Assembly (NCBI RefSeq): GCF_007829035.1
Contig: NZ_VIVQ01000004.1
Span: 116,214-140,213 of the forward strand
Length of the DNA: 24,000 nucleotides
Direction of reading: 5' to 3'
From: Rudaeicoccus suwonensis
GTDB lineage: Bacteria; Actinomycetota; Actinomycetes; Actinomycetales; Dermatophilaceae
Below, piece after piece: positions 15,660-23,703 of this stretch. Position numbers and translations under genes: made by a program. The stretch's first letter is position 1; every line of letters starts with the position of its first letter. The notes under the pieces are model-generated. The model did no database searches, was not told where the DNA came from, and was given only the letters and a program-made list of their open reading frames with translations.

Positions 15660-16187
15660 TCACCGGGCGGTGGCGCGCAGCATTCGGATCTCGTCGCACT
15701 CCAACTCCTCGTCGCGCTTGGTCGCTCCGTCGACGACGAATCCGAGTTTGCGATAGAACGCCTGGGCGCGGGTGTTCTCCCGCACGACCCAGAGGTATGC
15801 CGCAGCTCCTCCCAGCGTCTGCTCGACGAGTTGCTGCGCGACTCCTGTGCCGTGGAACTGCGCCAGGACGTTGAGCGCCATCAACTCCTGCTCGACCGGC
15901 CTTTCGTCGTCACGGCCCCCGCCCACCGAGCAGAAGCCGGCGAAACGGCCGGTCGGGGCGTGCACTGCCAGCCGCGCACGCCGCACGGTGCCATCCGGGG
16001 CGACGGCGTCGGCTCCGGCTGCGATGCGCGCCTCCCAGCCGGCTATGCGCGGCTGCAGTTGCATGGCATCGAGGTAGTCCTGGCTGCACATGCCGGCATA
16101 CGTGTCGCGCCATACCTGCAGATGCAGCGCGGCCACCTCGGCCGCGTCACCCACGCGGAACGGCCGGATCACGAACTGCGCAGTCAC
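15660..16187 (-). CDS. GNAT family N-acetyltransferase
   Basis: GTG start in a GTGA overlap (16184-16187) with the upstream gene. The acetyl-CoA-binding region LNVLAQFHGTGVAQQLVEQ and the C-terminal AFYRKLGF motif are typical of GNAT proteins. Confidence 0.8.
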   Translation of the reverse strand: MTAQFVIRPFRVGDAAEVAALHLQVWRDTYAGMCSQDYLDAMQLQPRIAGWEARIAAGADAVAPDGTVRRARLAVHAPTGRFAGFCSVGGGRDDERPVEQELMALNVLAQFHGTGVAQQLVEQTLGGAAAYLWVVRENTRAQAFYRKLGFVVDGATKRDEELECDEIRMLRATAR

Positions 16188-16495
16188 TCCTGCGCCCGCG
16201 ACAGCTGTTCTTCGAGACGTTCGACCTTGGCAGTGAGCTGACCCGAAAAGCCTTCGCGCATGTCGGCTTTGAGCACCAGACCGACCCGCGGGCTGTATGC
16301 CGCACACGCCTCGCACGCAGCCTTGATCACGGTCATGCACTCGTCCCAGCCGCCCTCGATGGTCGTGAACATCGAACTGGTCTCGTTGGGTAGGCCTGAG
16401 TCGCGCACCACCTTCACAGCGGCGGCGACCGCCTTGCTCACCGACCCGTCGGGGTCGTCGGTGGTCGAGGGTGCGATGGAGAACGCGAACAACAT
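16184..16495 (-). CDS. MTH1187/YkoF family (DUF77) thiamine-binding-like protein
   Basis: From the ATG at 16495: MLFAFSIAPSTTDDPDGSVSKAVAAAVKVVRDSGLPNETSSMFTTIEGGWDECM. This is the characteristic DUF77 layout at about 100 aa. Confidence 0.75.
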   Translation of the reverse strand: MLFAFSIAPSTTDDPDGSVSKAVAAAVKVVRDSGLPNETSSMFTTIEGGWDECMTVIKAACEACAAYSPRVGLVLKADMREGFSGQLTAKVERLEEQLSRAQE

Positions 16496-16574
16496 GGGAC
16501 CCAGCCTACGAGGATGCGTGCCGTGCCGGAGAAAGCCCAAGTTCCTGGCGCCGTGTGAGGCGCAGGACCGGTTG

Positions 16575-17972
16575 TCAGCTCCAGATGTTCAGCGGTGTCA
16601 GGCCCCACCGCTCACACTCGAGCAGCACCAGTCTTGCGAGACTCCCGTTGTCACCGATGAGATCCGGCTGCAGGCTCTCGACCGTGAGCGTCATCCGGTC
16701 ACCGAACTCCTGCAACCAGGTCGTCACGCCCCCTCCTGCCGACTGCATCAGCTCCTGCGTCACATTGCGGTGCACGCCGCGGCACATCATCGAACGCGCC
16801 GGAGGGCCGCCGAGCCCGGTCAGCGGTGGCTTCATCCGGCCGACGTTGGAGCAGGTCACCAGTGCCGCCGGCATCCGTTCGGCCACCCGCTTGAGCAACC
16901 AGTGCGGCAGCACCCGCAGCAGTGGCTCGAGTTGCTGGCCCACGTCGGCGCGCTGCGGGTCGGCCGCGCGCGTGAACTCGGCCTTCGATGCTGCGCGCAC
17001 CGGGCCGAGATCGGCATACATCTTGTCGGTGCAGTGGACCGGAACCGAAGCACTGCCAAGCACATTCGAGCGCCAGTCGTCCGGTCCGCGACGTGTCGTA
17101 GGCAGCACTACCGAGACCGTCGAACCACTGGGGACACGGCCGCTCGCGACCATCAACCCCGCGCTGAATGCCATCAGCAGACTGTTGGCGGTGCCCCCGC
17201 GCGTGGCAGCCGCTTGCTGCCAGTCGGCGACCGACAGGTCGACGACACAGAACGGTGGAATGTAGTCAGAGCCCGGAATCCCTCGCATCGGCAACGTCGG
17301 CTTGCTTCGCAGCGGCGTCTGCACCGCCTCGTGCGCAGGAGCCTCCGGTGCGGCAATCCGTGCCTTGCGCTGCGCACGTGCCGTGCGCACCGCTCGACCG
17401 ATCGCCCGGCCGGCTGCGGCCAACTGGCGACGGGCGTCGCCCAGGTCATCGCGGGTACGCACCGCGTGCGCACCGGCCGTGTCGTCAGGCAGACAGGGCA
17501 CCGCTGCGCCGGTGACCGCGGCCTCGATCGACCGGACGATGAGCGAGCCGTCGCCGATGCAGTGCCGGGTGGTGAACGACACCAGTTGGCTCCCGTCCGA
17601 CACCGGCGCGGCAGCCAACCGCCACCCTGGTCCGCGCACCGGGTCCAGGTGATCGCGCAGCCGATCGTCGAACCACCGCATCACGTAACGGGTTTGGACC
17701 ACGTCGGTGTCGACTCGCAGGTGATCGACGACGGGCGCCGGCACCCACCGCGACCGTGCCTGCGGCACCGTCGCCGGGGCGACCAGTCGGCTCATCGGCC
17801 CGGCCAGCATCCGGTCGTGCATCAACCCGAGCTGTGCGGCTGACAGTGGCTCGTCCAGCCACCAGGTGTGCTGTGAGGTCAACGGCACGCCCAACACCTG
17901 CTCGCCTAGGAAGTATGCGTCGTCGCCGAAAGTCATCCGGTTGTCGATCACGTCTGACACGGGTGTCCTCAC
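16575..17972 (-). CDS. WS/DGAT-like (condensation/CAT superfamily) O-acyltransferase, paralogue 2
   Basis: Active-site-like RHCIGDG (xHxxxDG) preceded by LDPVRGPGWRL. C-terminal CSNVGRMKPPLTGLGG resembles the WS/DGAT SNVPGPxxPLYxxGA motif. High GC3 on this strand. GTG 17972 overlaps the upstream stop (GTGA); alternative starts are GTG 17996 and ATG 17936. Confidence 0.7.
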   Translation of the reverse strand: MRTPVSDVIDNRMTFGDDAYFLGEQVLGVPLTSQHTWWLDEPLSAAQLGLMHDRMLAGPMSRLVAPATVPQARSRWVPAPVVDHLRVDTDVVQTRYVMRWFDDRLRDHLDPVRGPGWRLAAAPVSDGSQLVSFTTRHCIGDGSLIVRSIEAAVTGAAVPCLPDDTAGAHAVRTRDDLGDARRQLAAAGRAIGRAVRTARAQRKARIAAPEAPAHEAVQTPLRSKPTLPMRGIPGSDYIPPFCVVDLSVADWQQAAATRGGTANSLLMAFSAGLMVASGRVPSGSTVSVVLPTTRRGPDDWRSNVLGSASVPVHCTDKMYADLGPVRAASKAEFTRAADPQRADVGQQLEPLLRVLPHWLLKRVAERMPAALVTCSNVGRMKPPLTGLGGPPARSMMCRGVHRNVTQELMQSAGGGVTTWLQEFGDRMTLTVESLQPDLIGDNGSLARLVLLECERWGLTPLNIWS

Positions 17973-19339
17973 CAGAATCGGGGTTGCAGCGACCACTTGG
18001 CCGCCTCGTCGATGACCGCCTGCTGGAGAGAGTCCGTGTCAGGCAGTCGGTCCGGATCCATGCTCAACACGCTGAGTGTCGCGGCTCCGTCCGACGTCGT
18101 CAGCCAGGCGGTGATGCCCCCACGGGCAGTCCGCAGCTGCTGCACATCTGCACCTCGCACAAGCATCCGGGCTGTCGTTCGTGCGGCGACATCGCCGCCC
18201 AATGTGGATACCTCAGAGGGCAATTCGCCGACGTTCGAGCAGGTGCACACGGATACCGGTTGCGAGAGAGCGATGCGCCGCAGCAGTGCGTGCGGCAGCA
18301 GCCGGATGGTCGGGGTCAGCATGCGCAGTATGTCGGTGTGGTCGCGCTCGGGGTCGGTCGCGCGTGTCAGGGCATCTCGCACCGCGACCCGGATCGGCTG
18401 CAGATCGGTCGGACGGTCGGCCGCGACAGGCACAGCCACCGTGGCACCGATCGTGGCGATGGCCCGCCGATCGCCGGGTGCGCGCTCTGCCACCGGCATC
18501 GACACCGGGATCGTCGTGCCCGCTGTGATGCGCCCCACCGACTCGAGCAGCCCCACAGACAACGCAATCAGCAGCGAATTAGAGCTTCCACCGAAGGTTT
18601 TCGCGGCGTTCACCCACCGTTCTTCGTCGAACTCGGCGACGACCCACGCCCCGGCAACTGCACGCGCTGTGGGTGCGATCTGCGCCGCAGGCTCGGGCTG
18701 CGGCATACGTTCGCCCGAGCTCCGCGCATCAGGCGAGCGGCGACTGCGCCATACGGTCCGGATCGCAGCGACCAACCCGCGAACGGCCGACACGATCTGC
18801 AGCACTGCGTCGCGGGCATCCGCCCACTTCGACACACGTGCAGCGGTAGGCGAATCATCGGGCAGACGACCCGTGGCCGCTCCGGTCACCGCCGTGATCA
18901 CCGCCGCGTAGAAGCCGCTCCCGTCGACTACCGCGTGCGACGCAACCAGGCTCACCACGTGCCCGCCGTCACGCAGCGGAGCAGCGGAAATGCGCCACGC
19001 ACAACCGGATTCGAAATCGAGCGGGGCGTCGATGCAGCGTTGCGCCCACTGCAAGATGTCAGAGCCGTCGATCGGCTCACCGAAGGACACCAGCGGCCGC
19101 GGCGGCTCGGCGGCCATCCACCGGTCCCGCGCGAACGGGACCTTCGCCCGCGACAACCGTCGGGTCAACGGACCCTCGCCGAGTGCGCGCGCCACTGTCT
19201 CGAGCCGCGCCCGGTCCAGCGGCGAGTCGAAGCGCCACAGCATCTGATTGTCGATCGGCATCCCGAGTGCCCGATCGGCGAGGACGAAGGTCTCCTCGGC
19301 GGCGGTGAGCCTGTTCAGATCCGGCGGCATGGGCGACAT
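17969..19339 (-). CDS. WS/DGAT-like (condensation/CAT superfamily) O-acyltransferase, paralogue 1
   Basis: SHAVVDG (xHxxxDG) preceded by LDFESGCAWRI. C-terminal CSNVGELPSEVSTLGG. It aligns by eye with the downstream paralogue from LTAAEETFVLADRALGMP onward. The ATG at 19339 (MSPMPPDLNRL) is preferred over the track start at 19429. Confidence 0.7.
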   Translation of the reverse strand: MSPMPPDLNRLTAAEETFVLADRALGMPIDNQMLWRFDSPLDRARLETVARALGEGPLTRRLSRAKVPFARDRWMAAEPPRPLVSFGEPIDGSDILQWAQRCIDAPLDFESGCAWRISAAPLRDGGHVVSLVASHAVVDGSGFYAAVITAVTGAATGRLPDDSPTAARVSKWADARDAVLQIVSAVRGLVAAIRTVWRSRRSPDARSSGERMPQPEPAAQIAPTARAVAGAWVVAEFDEERWVNAAKTFGGSSNSLLIALSVGLLESVGRITAGTTIPVSMPVAERAPGDRRAIATIGATVAVPVAADRPTDLQPIRVAVRDALTRATDPERDHTDILRMLTPTIRLLPHALLRRIALSQPVSVCTCSNVGELPSEVSTLGGDVAARTTARMLVRGADVQQLRTARGGITAWLTTSDGAATLSVLSMDPDRLPDTDSLQQAVIDEAAKWSLQPRFW

Positions 19340-19395
19340 GATGCCGCAATCGGCTGCTCTGCTGCGCACTGGCGAGTGTCCAAATATGCTGCCAC

Positions 19396-19428
19396 TGCTC
19401 ATGCTTCGACCGATAGAGCGCATGAGCA
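19396..19428. promoter_or_regulatory. Inverted repeat TGCTCATGC-N15-GCATGAGCA in the divergent acyltransferase/GT2 promoter region
   Basis: 9-bp perfect arms read directly, lying between the divergent starts at 19339 (-) and 19485 (+). An AT-richer CAAATATG segment at 19381-19388 is adjacent. Confidence 0.3.
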
Positions 19429-19484
19429 TGCCGCGATCGTGTGGCCTGTCTCACACCGCCGGCGCCACGTGCGAAGCCTTTAGG

Positions 19485-20336
19485 ATGACCGCCATGTCTC
19501 AGCCGACTGTCTCGGTCGTGATTCCGACTCTCGATGAGCAGGACTCCATCCGCAGGTGCCTCGACCGCCTGCTTCCGCAAGCCGATACCGACACCGACAT
19601 CGTCATCGTCGACAACGGCTCAACCGATGACACCGTCGCCATCGTCGAGTCGTATGCCGCAAACGACTCGCGGGTTCGGCTGATCCACGAGAGTGCTCGC
19701 GGTGTGGCACAGGCGCGCACCGCCGGATTCGAAGCCGCCACAGGCGAATTGCTCGCTCGTATCGACGCCGACACGCTCGTTCCGCCGGGTTGGCTCAGGG
19801 GTTACCGCGCGTTCTTCACCGCCGACCACGATCACGCGTGGGCCTGCGCGATCGGTCGGGGCACGCCCTACGGCGTGCCTCTGTCGAGATTCCGCCCGGA
19901 TGCACCGGTGTCGTGGGGCACGGTCAAACCCTGCCGCGTGACCTTCGGAGCGAACATGATGCTGCGCCGTTCGGCCTGGGATCAGGTCAAAGCGGATCTC
20001 CTGACACGTCAAGGCATCTACGAAGATGTCGACCTCGGTCTGTGTCTGCGCGCTGCGGGTCTGCAGACCGCATTGCTGACAGGTATGACGGTCGGCGTCT
20101 CGCCACGGCGGTGGTTTGACAATCCGATCGACTCGTGGCGCTACCTCAGTGGTTGCCCGCGCACGTTCTACGCACATGGTCAGCCGGTCCTGGCCTCCGC
20201 GATCTACGCGGCATTGGTACCGGTCAACGCGATTCACACCCTGCGTTGGATCGTGCTGAGCGCGTATGACGAGAAGGCACAACGCTTTTCGTACCGCCAA
20301 CTGCGCACGCGCCGGGTTCCTCGCGTTCTGCCCTGA
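19485..20336 (+). CDS. Family 2 glycosyltransferase (GT-A fold)
   Basis: TVSVVIPTLDEQDSIRRCLDRL...IVIVDNGSTDDT...RIDADT (DxD) is the canonical GT2 N-terminal domain. ATG at 19485, or ATG at 19494, which has AGGA 8 nt upstream. Confidence 0.85.
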   Translation: MTAMSQPTVSVVIPTLDEQDSIRRCLDRLLPQADTDTDIVIVDNGSTDDTVAIVESYAANDSRVRLIHESARGVAQARTAGFEAATGELLARIDADTLVPPGWLRGYRAFFTADHDHAWACAIGRGTPYGVPLSRFRPDAPVSWGTVKPCRVTFGANMMLRRSAWDQVKADLLTRQGIYEDVDLGLCLRAAGLQTALLTGMTVGVSPRRWFDNPIDSWRYLSGCPRTFYAHGQPVLASAIYAALVPVNAIHTLRWIVLSAYDEKAQRFSYRQLRTRRVPRVLP

Positions 20337-20395
20337 GACTGGCTACGCCGAGCAACTCTGTCGGACGCGGCCGTTGTACGCCGATGCACGAGAGG

Positions 20396-21217
20396 TCATC
20401 CCTTGCGAATGAACGCCCGCACGGTGACCGGCGCCATGACAGCCATGATGACCACCACACCGAGCGTCGACCACACGATGTCGATGCCGGCATGACCGTG
20501 ATTCGCGAGCTCTCGCGTCGCCGTGACCAGATGCGACACCGGGTTGATCTCGGCGAGCCACTTGATCCACCCGGGCATATTCGTCGTAGGCACAAGGGCA
20601 TTCGAGATGAACGTCATCGGCATGAGCACGAACATCGAGGCGCCCTGCACCGCTGCCGGGCTGCTCATACGCACTCCGAGGTAGGCGAAGACCCAACTGA
20701 GCGCGAACGAGGTGAACACCACCAGGGCGCAGCCGACGAGAAGTCCGGGCCAACTGTGCGGGCGATAGCCCATCGCCAGCCCGACCGACACCGCCATCAC
20801 GGTCGCGACCACATACCGCACGATGTCTGCGGTGAGCGCACCGATCAGCGGCGCGACGCGTGCGATCGGCAACGACCTGAAGCGATCGAAGACGCCTTTG
20901 TCGATGTCCTCGCACAACTGCACTCCTGTGCCGACGGCCGCAGTCACTGCGATCTGCACAAGCACGCCCGGAATCAGTTGGGGCAGATAGCTGCTCACAC
21001 TTCCGGCGATCGCGCCGCCGAAGATCCCGGCGAACATGGCGGTTGACACCACCGGCAGGGCGATGACGTCGAAGAGCCGGGCCGGGTTGTGCCGGATCTT
21101 CAGCAGACCCCGTCCGGCGAGAGTCATCGAAGCACCGAACGTGGCCCGAACTCCCGGATGCGCACCCGTCGTCGCCACCGCGCGTCGACTGCGACGCGTT
21201 TGGACAACCGTGGTCAT
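20396..21217 (-). CDS. ABC-2 type transporter permease (DrrB-like)
   Basis: 273 aa with about six hydrophobic segments. The start overlaps the ATPase stop (ATGA, 21214-21217). This is the typical ABC-2 exporter pairing. Confidence 0.85.
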   Translation of the reverse strand: MTTVVQTRRSRRAVATTGAHPGVRATFGASMTLAGRGLLKIRHNPARLFDVIALPVVSTAMFAGIFGGAIAGSVSSYLPQLIPGVLVQIAVTAAVGTGVQLCEDIDKGVFDRFRSLPIARVAPLIGALTADIVRYVVATVMAVSVGLAMGYRPHSWPGLLVGCALVVFTSFALSWVFAYLGVRMSSPAAVQGASMFVLMPMTFISNALVPTTNMPGWIKWLAEINPVSHLVTATRELANHGHAGIDIVWSTLGVVVIMAVMAPVTVRAFIRKG

Positions 21218-22239
21218 GCGCCGACCTCCTGCTCAATGACGGCCGCGCCACTGTCATCGGTGTCGGAGCTCGATCCGCCGGTGAGACTCAGGAAGACCTC
21301 ATCCAGCGTGGGTTTGTGCACTCCCACCTCCTCGATGTGAACTCCCCTGTCTTGCAACAGGATCAGCGCCTCTGTAACCAACGCGGTGTCTTCGACGGGC
21401 ACGGCGACCTCTCGGTTGTCCTGGGTTTGCGGCTCGTGACCGGTCAGCTGGTGCAGCACCTGGCGCACGACAGGCATGTCGTCGTGGTCCGTAGGGACCA
21501 CACGCAGCGTTGCCGGCGCGAGTGAACTCTTCAACTCGTCGGCCGTGCCCTGCGCCACGATGCGGCCACGGTCGATGACCACGATGTTGTCGGCCAACTG
21601 GTCGGCCTCTTCGAGGTACTGCGTGGTCAGCACGAGGGTCGATCCGGCCGCAACCAGCCGTCGGGCGGTGTCCCACATCTGTTGCCGGGTGCGCGGATCA
21701 AGTCCGGTGGTCGGCTCGTCGAGGAAGATGAGGGGCGGCTCGGCGATCAGGCTGGCGGCGAGGTCGAGACGACGGCGCATGCCTCCCGAGAACGCCCTGA
21801 CCGGCCGGTCCGCCGCCTCGCCCAGAGCGAACTCGTCGAGCAGTTCCACGCCACGTCGCCGGGCCGCCGCGCGCGAGTGCCCCTGCAGCCGACCGAAGAT
21901 CATCAGATTCTCCCGGGCCGTCAATTCCTCGTCGACAGAGGCATATTGGCCGGTCAGTCCGATCAACGAACGCACCCGGTGAGACTGCTGCACCACGTCG
22001 TGCCCGAACACCCGCGCGGTGCCGCCGGAAGGTTTCAGCAAGGTGGCCAAAACACGAACGGTGGTGGTCTTTCCGGCACCGTTCGGTCCGAGCAGGCCCA
22101 GCACCGAACCCGCCGGGACGTCGAGGTCGATGCCGTCGACAGCCACGAAATCACCGAAACGACAGGTGAGTTGTCGCACCTCCACGGCCTTGTCGCCCAG
22201 GGACTGCAGAGGTCTCGGGTTGTCCGTCATGACCGACAT
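21214..22239 (-). CDS. ABC transporter ATP-binding protein (DrrA/daunorubicin-resistance-type)
   Basis: Walker A GPNGAGKTT, signature FSGGMRRRL, Walker B LIFLDEPTTGLD. The C-terminal domain ends in LDEVFLSLTG plus an acidic tail. The start is ambiguous: ATG 22239, ATG 22230 or GTG 22263. Confidence 0.9.
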   Translation of the reverse strand: MSVMTDNPRPLQSLGDKAVEVRQLTCRFGDFVAVDGIDLDVPAGSVLGLLGPNGAGKTTTVRVLATLLKPSGGTARVFGHDVVQQSHRVRSLIGLTGQYASVDEELTARENLMIFGRLQGHSRAAARRRGVELLDEFALGEAADRPVRAFSGGMRRRLDLAASLIAEPPLIFLDEPTTGLDPRTRQQMWDTARRLVAAGSTLVLTTQYLEEADQLADNIVVIDRGRIVAQGTADELKSSLAPATLRVVPTDHDDMPVVRQVLHQLTGHEPQTQDNREVAVPVEDTALVTEALILLQDRGVHIEEVGVHKPTLDEVFLSLTGGSSSDTDDSGAAVIEQEVGA

Positions 22240-22296
22240 GGTGCCGTATGACGAAGCCAACACCCGAAGTGATTCTTGTCATGGAACTCTTGGCGC

Positions 22297-23604
22297 ATGC
22301 AGATTCTCATGCCGTTCCTCGGCAGTCGCGGCGACGTTTCACCCGGTGTGGCTCTCGCGATCGAGCTTCAGCGACGCGATCACGACGTGGTGCTCGGGGT
22401 CCCGGCGAACCTCCTGCAACTGGCCCGTGACTCCGGCGTCGACGCGGTCGAGATGGGGCCGGACTCGCGTGAGTTGCTTCGCTCGGATCTCGTGCAGCGA
22501 CGCATCAAGTCGGCCAATCCGGTCCGAAAATGGCGTGCCCTTTCAGAACTCGGCTGTTTCGGGTGGGGCGAACTCGCACCTCAACTGGCGAGGTACGCCG
22601 CCACGACGGACGTGATCGTCTCGTGTCTGCTCGGTGAGGAGGTGGCCAGGGCGATCGCCGAGAGGTATGCCGTCGCCCAGGTCGCCCTGCACTACTATCC
22701 GATCCGGCGGTCCGAGTCGACGTCGGTGGTTCCTCCCGCGCCTGTCGCGCCACGTTTGCTGCAGCATGTCGCCGATGCTGCGCTGGAACGCTCCTGGCGG
22801 TTGATGACCCGCAGCGGCGAGGATGCCGTCCGGTCGTCGCTGCACCTGCCACCGTCACGAACGCCCCTTCCGGCGCGAATGATCGGATCCGGGTCGCTGG
22901 AGATCCAGGCTGTCGACCCGCTGCTGTTTCCCGGACTCGCCGAGGAGTGGGGCAGCCGGCGACCGCTGGTGGGCTTCCTCGATCTCGACGACGCGACACA
23001 TGAACGCGTCGATCGTCCAACCGCAACGCACGACACCGGCCTCGGTAGCTGGTTGAGTGACGGAAAGCCCTGCGTCTATTGGGGTTTCGGCAGTATGCCG
23101 GTAAAGGACCCTCGCGCTACAGTCGCTCTGATCCGTGAAGTCTCGACGCACCTCGGCGTCAGGGCGCTCGTCGCAGCCGGGTGGTCAGATCTGGCTGATG
23201 CAACCGAGGCCGATGTGCGGATCGTGGATGCCGTCGACCACCGCACCGTGTTCCCGCGGTGCGCTGCTGCTGTCCACCACGGCGGTGCTGGCACGACAGC
23301 CGCAACGCTGCGGGCCGGGATCCCGTCGTTTGTGGCGTGGTTCAGCGCCGACCAACCGCTGTGGGGACGCCGCCTCGCCGCCTGCGGCGTGGGCGCATCG
23401 GCGCCTTTCCGCACGCTCACCGCAGCGAAAGCGATCGAAATCCTGCGACCACTGCTCCAGCCCGCCAGCCGCGCTCGGGCAGCAGAGGTCGCCGAATCGC
23501 TGATACCGGCCGAGCGTGCCGTCGCGGCGACGGCCGACCTGGTGGAACTAGCGGGAGCCCGGCACTCGTCTACATCGCAAGGAGCGATATTCGCCACACC
23601 CTGA
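22297..23604 (+). CDS. Family 1 glycosyltransferase (MGT / UDP-glycosyltransferase type)
   Basis: N-terminus MQILMPFLGSRGDVSPGVALAIELQRRDHDV and C-terminal nucleotide-sugar motif HHGGAGTTAATLRAGIPSFVAWFSADQPLWG. ATG 22297 is preferred over TTG 22276. Confidence 0.85.
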   Translation: MQILMPFLGSRGDVSPGVALAIELQRRDHDVVLGVPANLLQLARDSGVDAVEMGPDSRELLRSDLVQRRIKSANPVRKWRALSELGCFGWGELAPQLARYAATTDVIVSCLLGEEVARAIAERYAVAQVALHYYPIRRSESTSVVPPAPVAPRLLQHVADAALERSWRLMTRSGEDAVRSSLHLPPSRTPLPARMIGSGSLEIQAVDPLLFPGLAEEWGSRRPLVGFLDLDDATHERVDRPTATHDTGLGSWLSDGKPCVYWGFGSMPVKDPRATVALIREVSTHLGVRALVAAGWSDLADATEADVRIVDAVDHRTVFPRCAAAVHHGGAGTTAATLRAGIPSFVAWFSADQPLWGRRLAACGVGASAPFRTLTAAKAIEILRPLLQPASRARAAEVAESLIPAERAVAATADLVELAGARHSSTSQGAIFATP

Positions 23605-23611
23605 AGTGCAC

Positions 23612-23640
23612 TTGACAGTCGTACTGTCCAGTAACATTTT
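23612..23640 (+). promoter_or_regulatory. AT-richer segment with TTGACA, inverted repeat GACAGT-cgt-ACTGTC and TAACAT
   Basis: TTGACA at 23612-23617, the inverted repeat at 23614-23628, and TAACAT at 23632-23637. The hexamer spacing is only 14 nt, so this is not a canonical sigma-70 arrangement. It lies about 65 nt upstream of the next gene. Confidence 0.25.
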
Positions 23641-23703
23641 CCACGCGCTCGAAATCGACACGCCTTGGCCGCAGTTGACCATCCCCCTGGAGGGCCGACG
23701 CTC

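Noticed and set aside
16496-16574. TPP riboswitch upstream of the YkoF-like thiamine-binding-family gene
   Set aside because: The leader is only 79 nt. It lacks the conserved CUGAGA and ACCUGAUCUGG-type elements of the THI box. Only a weak GCGCC-N6-GGCGC hairpin is present.
16260-19483. Plus-strand ORFs 16260-17843 (527 aa) and 17756-19483 (575 aa) opposite the acyltransferase genes
   Set aside because: I read the minus-strand frame codon by codon. It shows strong G/C third-position bias and the WS/DGAT-like motifs. The plus-strand translations are Arg/His/Pro-rich with no recognisable motifs.
22240-22296. Operator in the roughly 60-bp spacer between the ABC ATPase and GT1 genes
   Set aside because: Only short direct repeats (CGAAG x2, TCTTG x2) and an imperfect ATGACgAAG/CTTGTCAT pairing are present. 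These are too weak to call, although the very short divergent spacer itself is noted under the locus finding.
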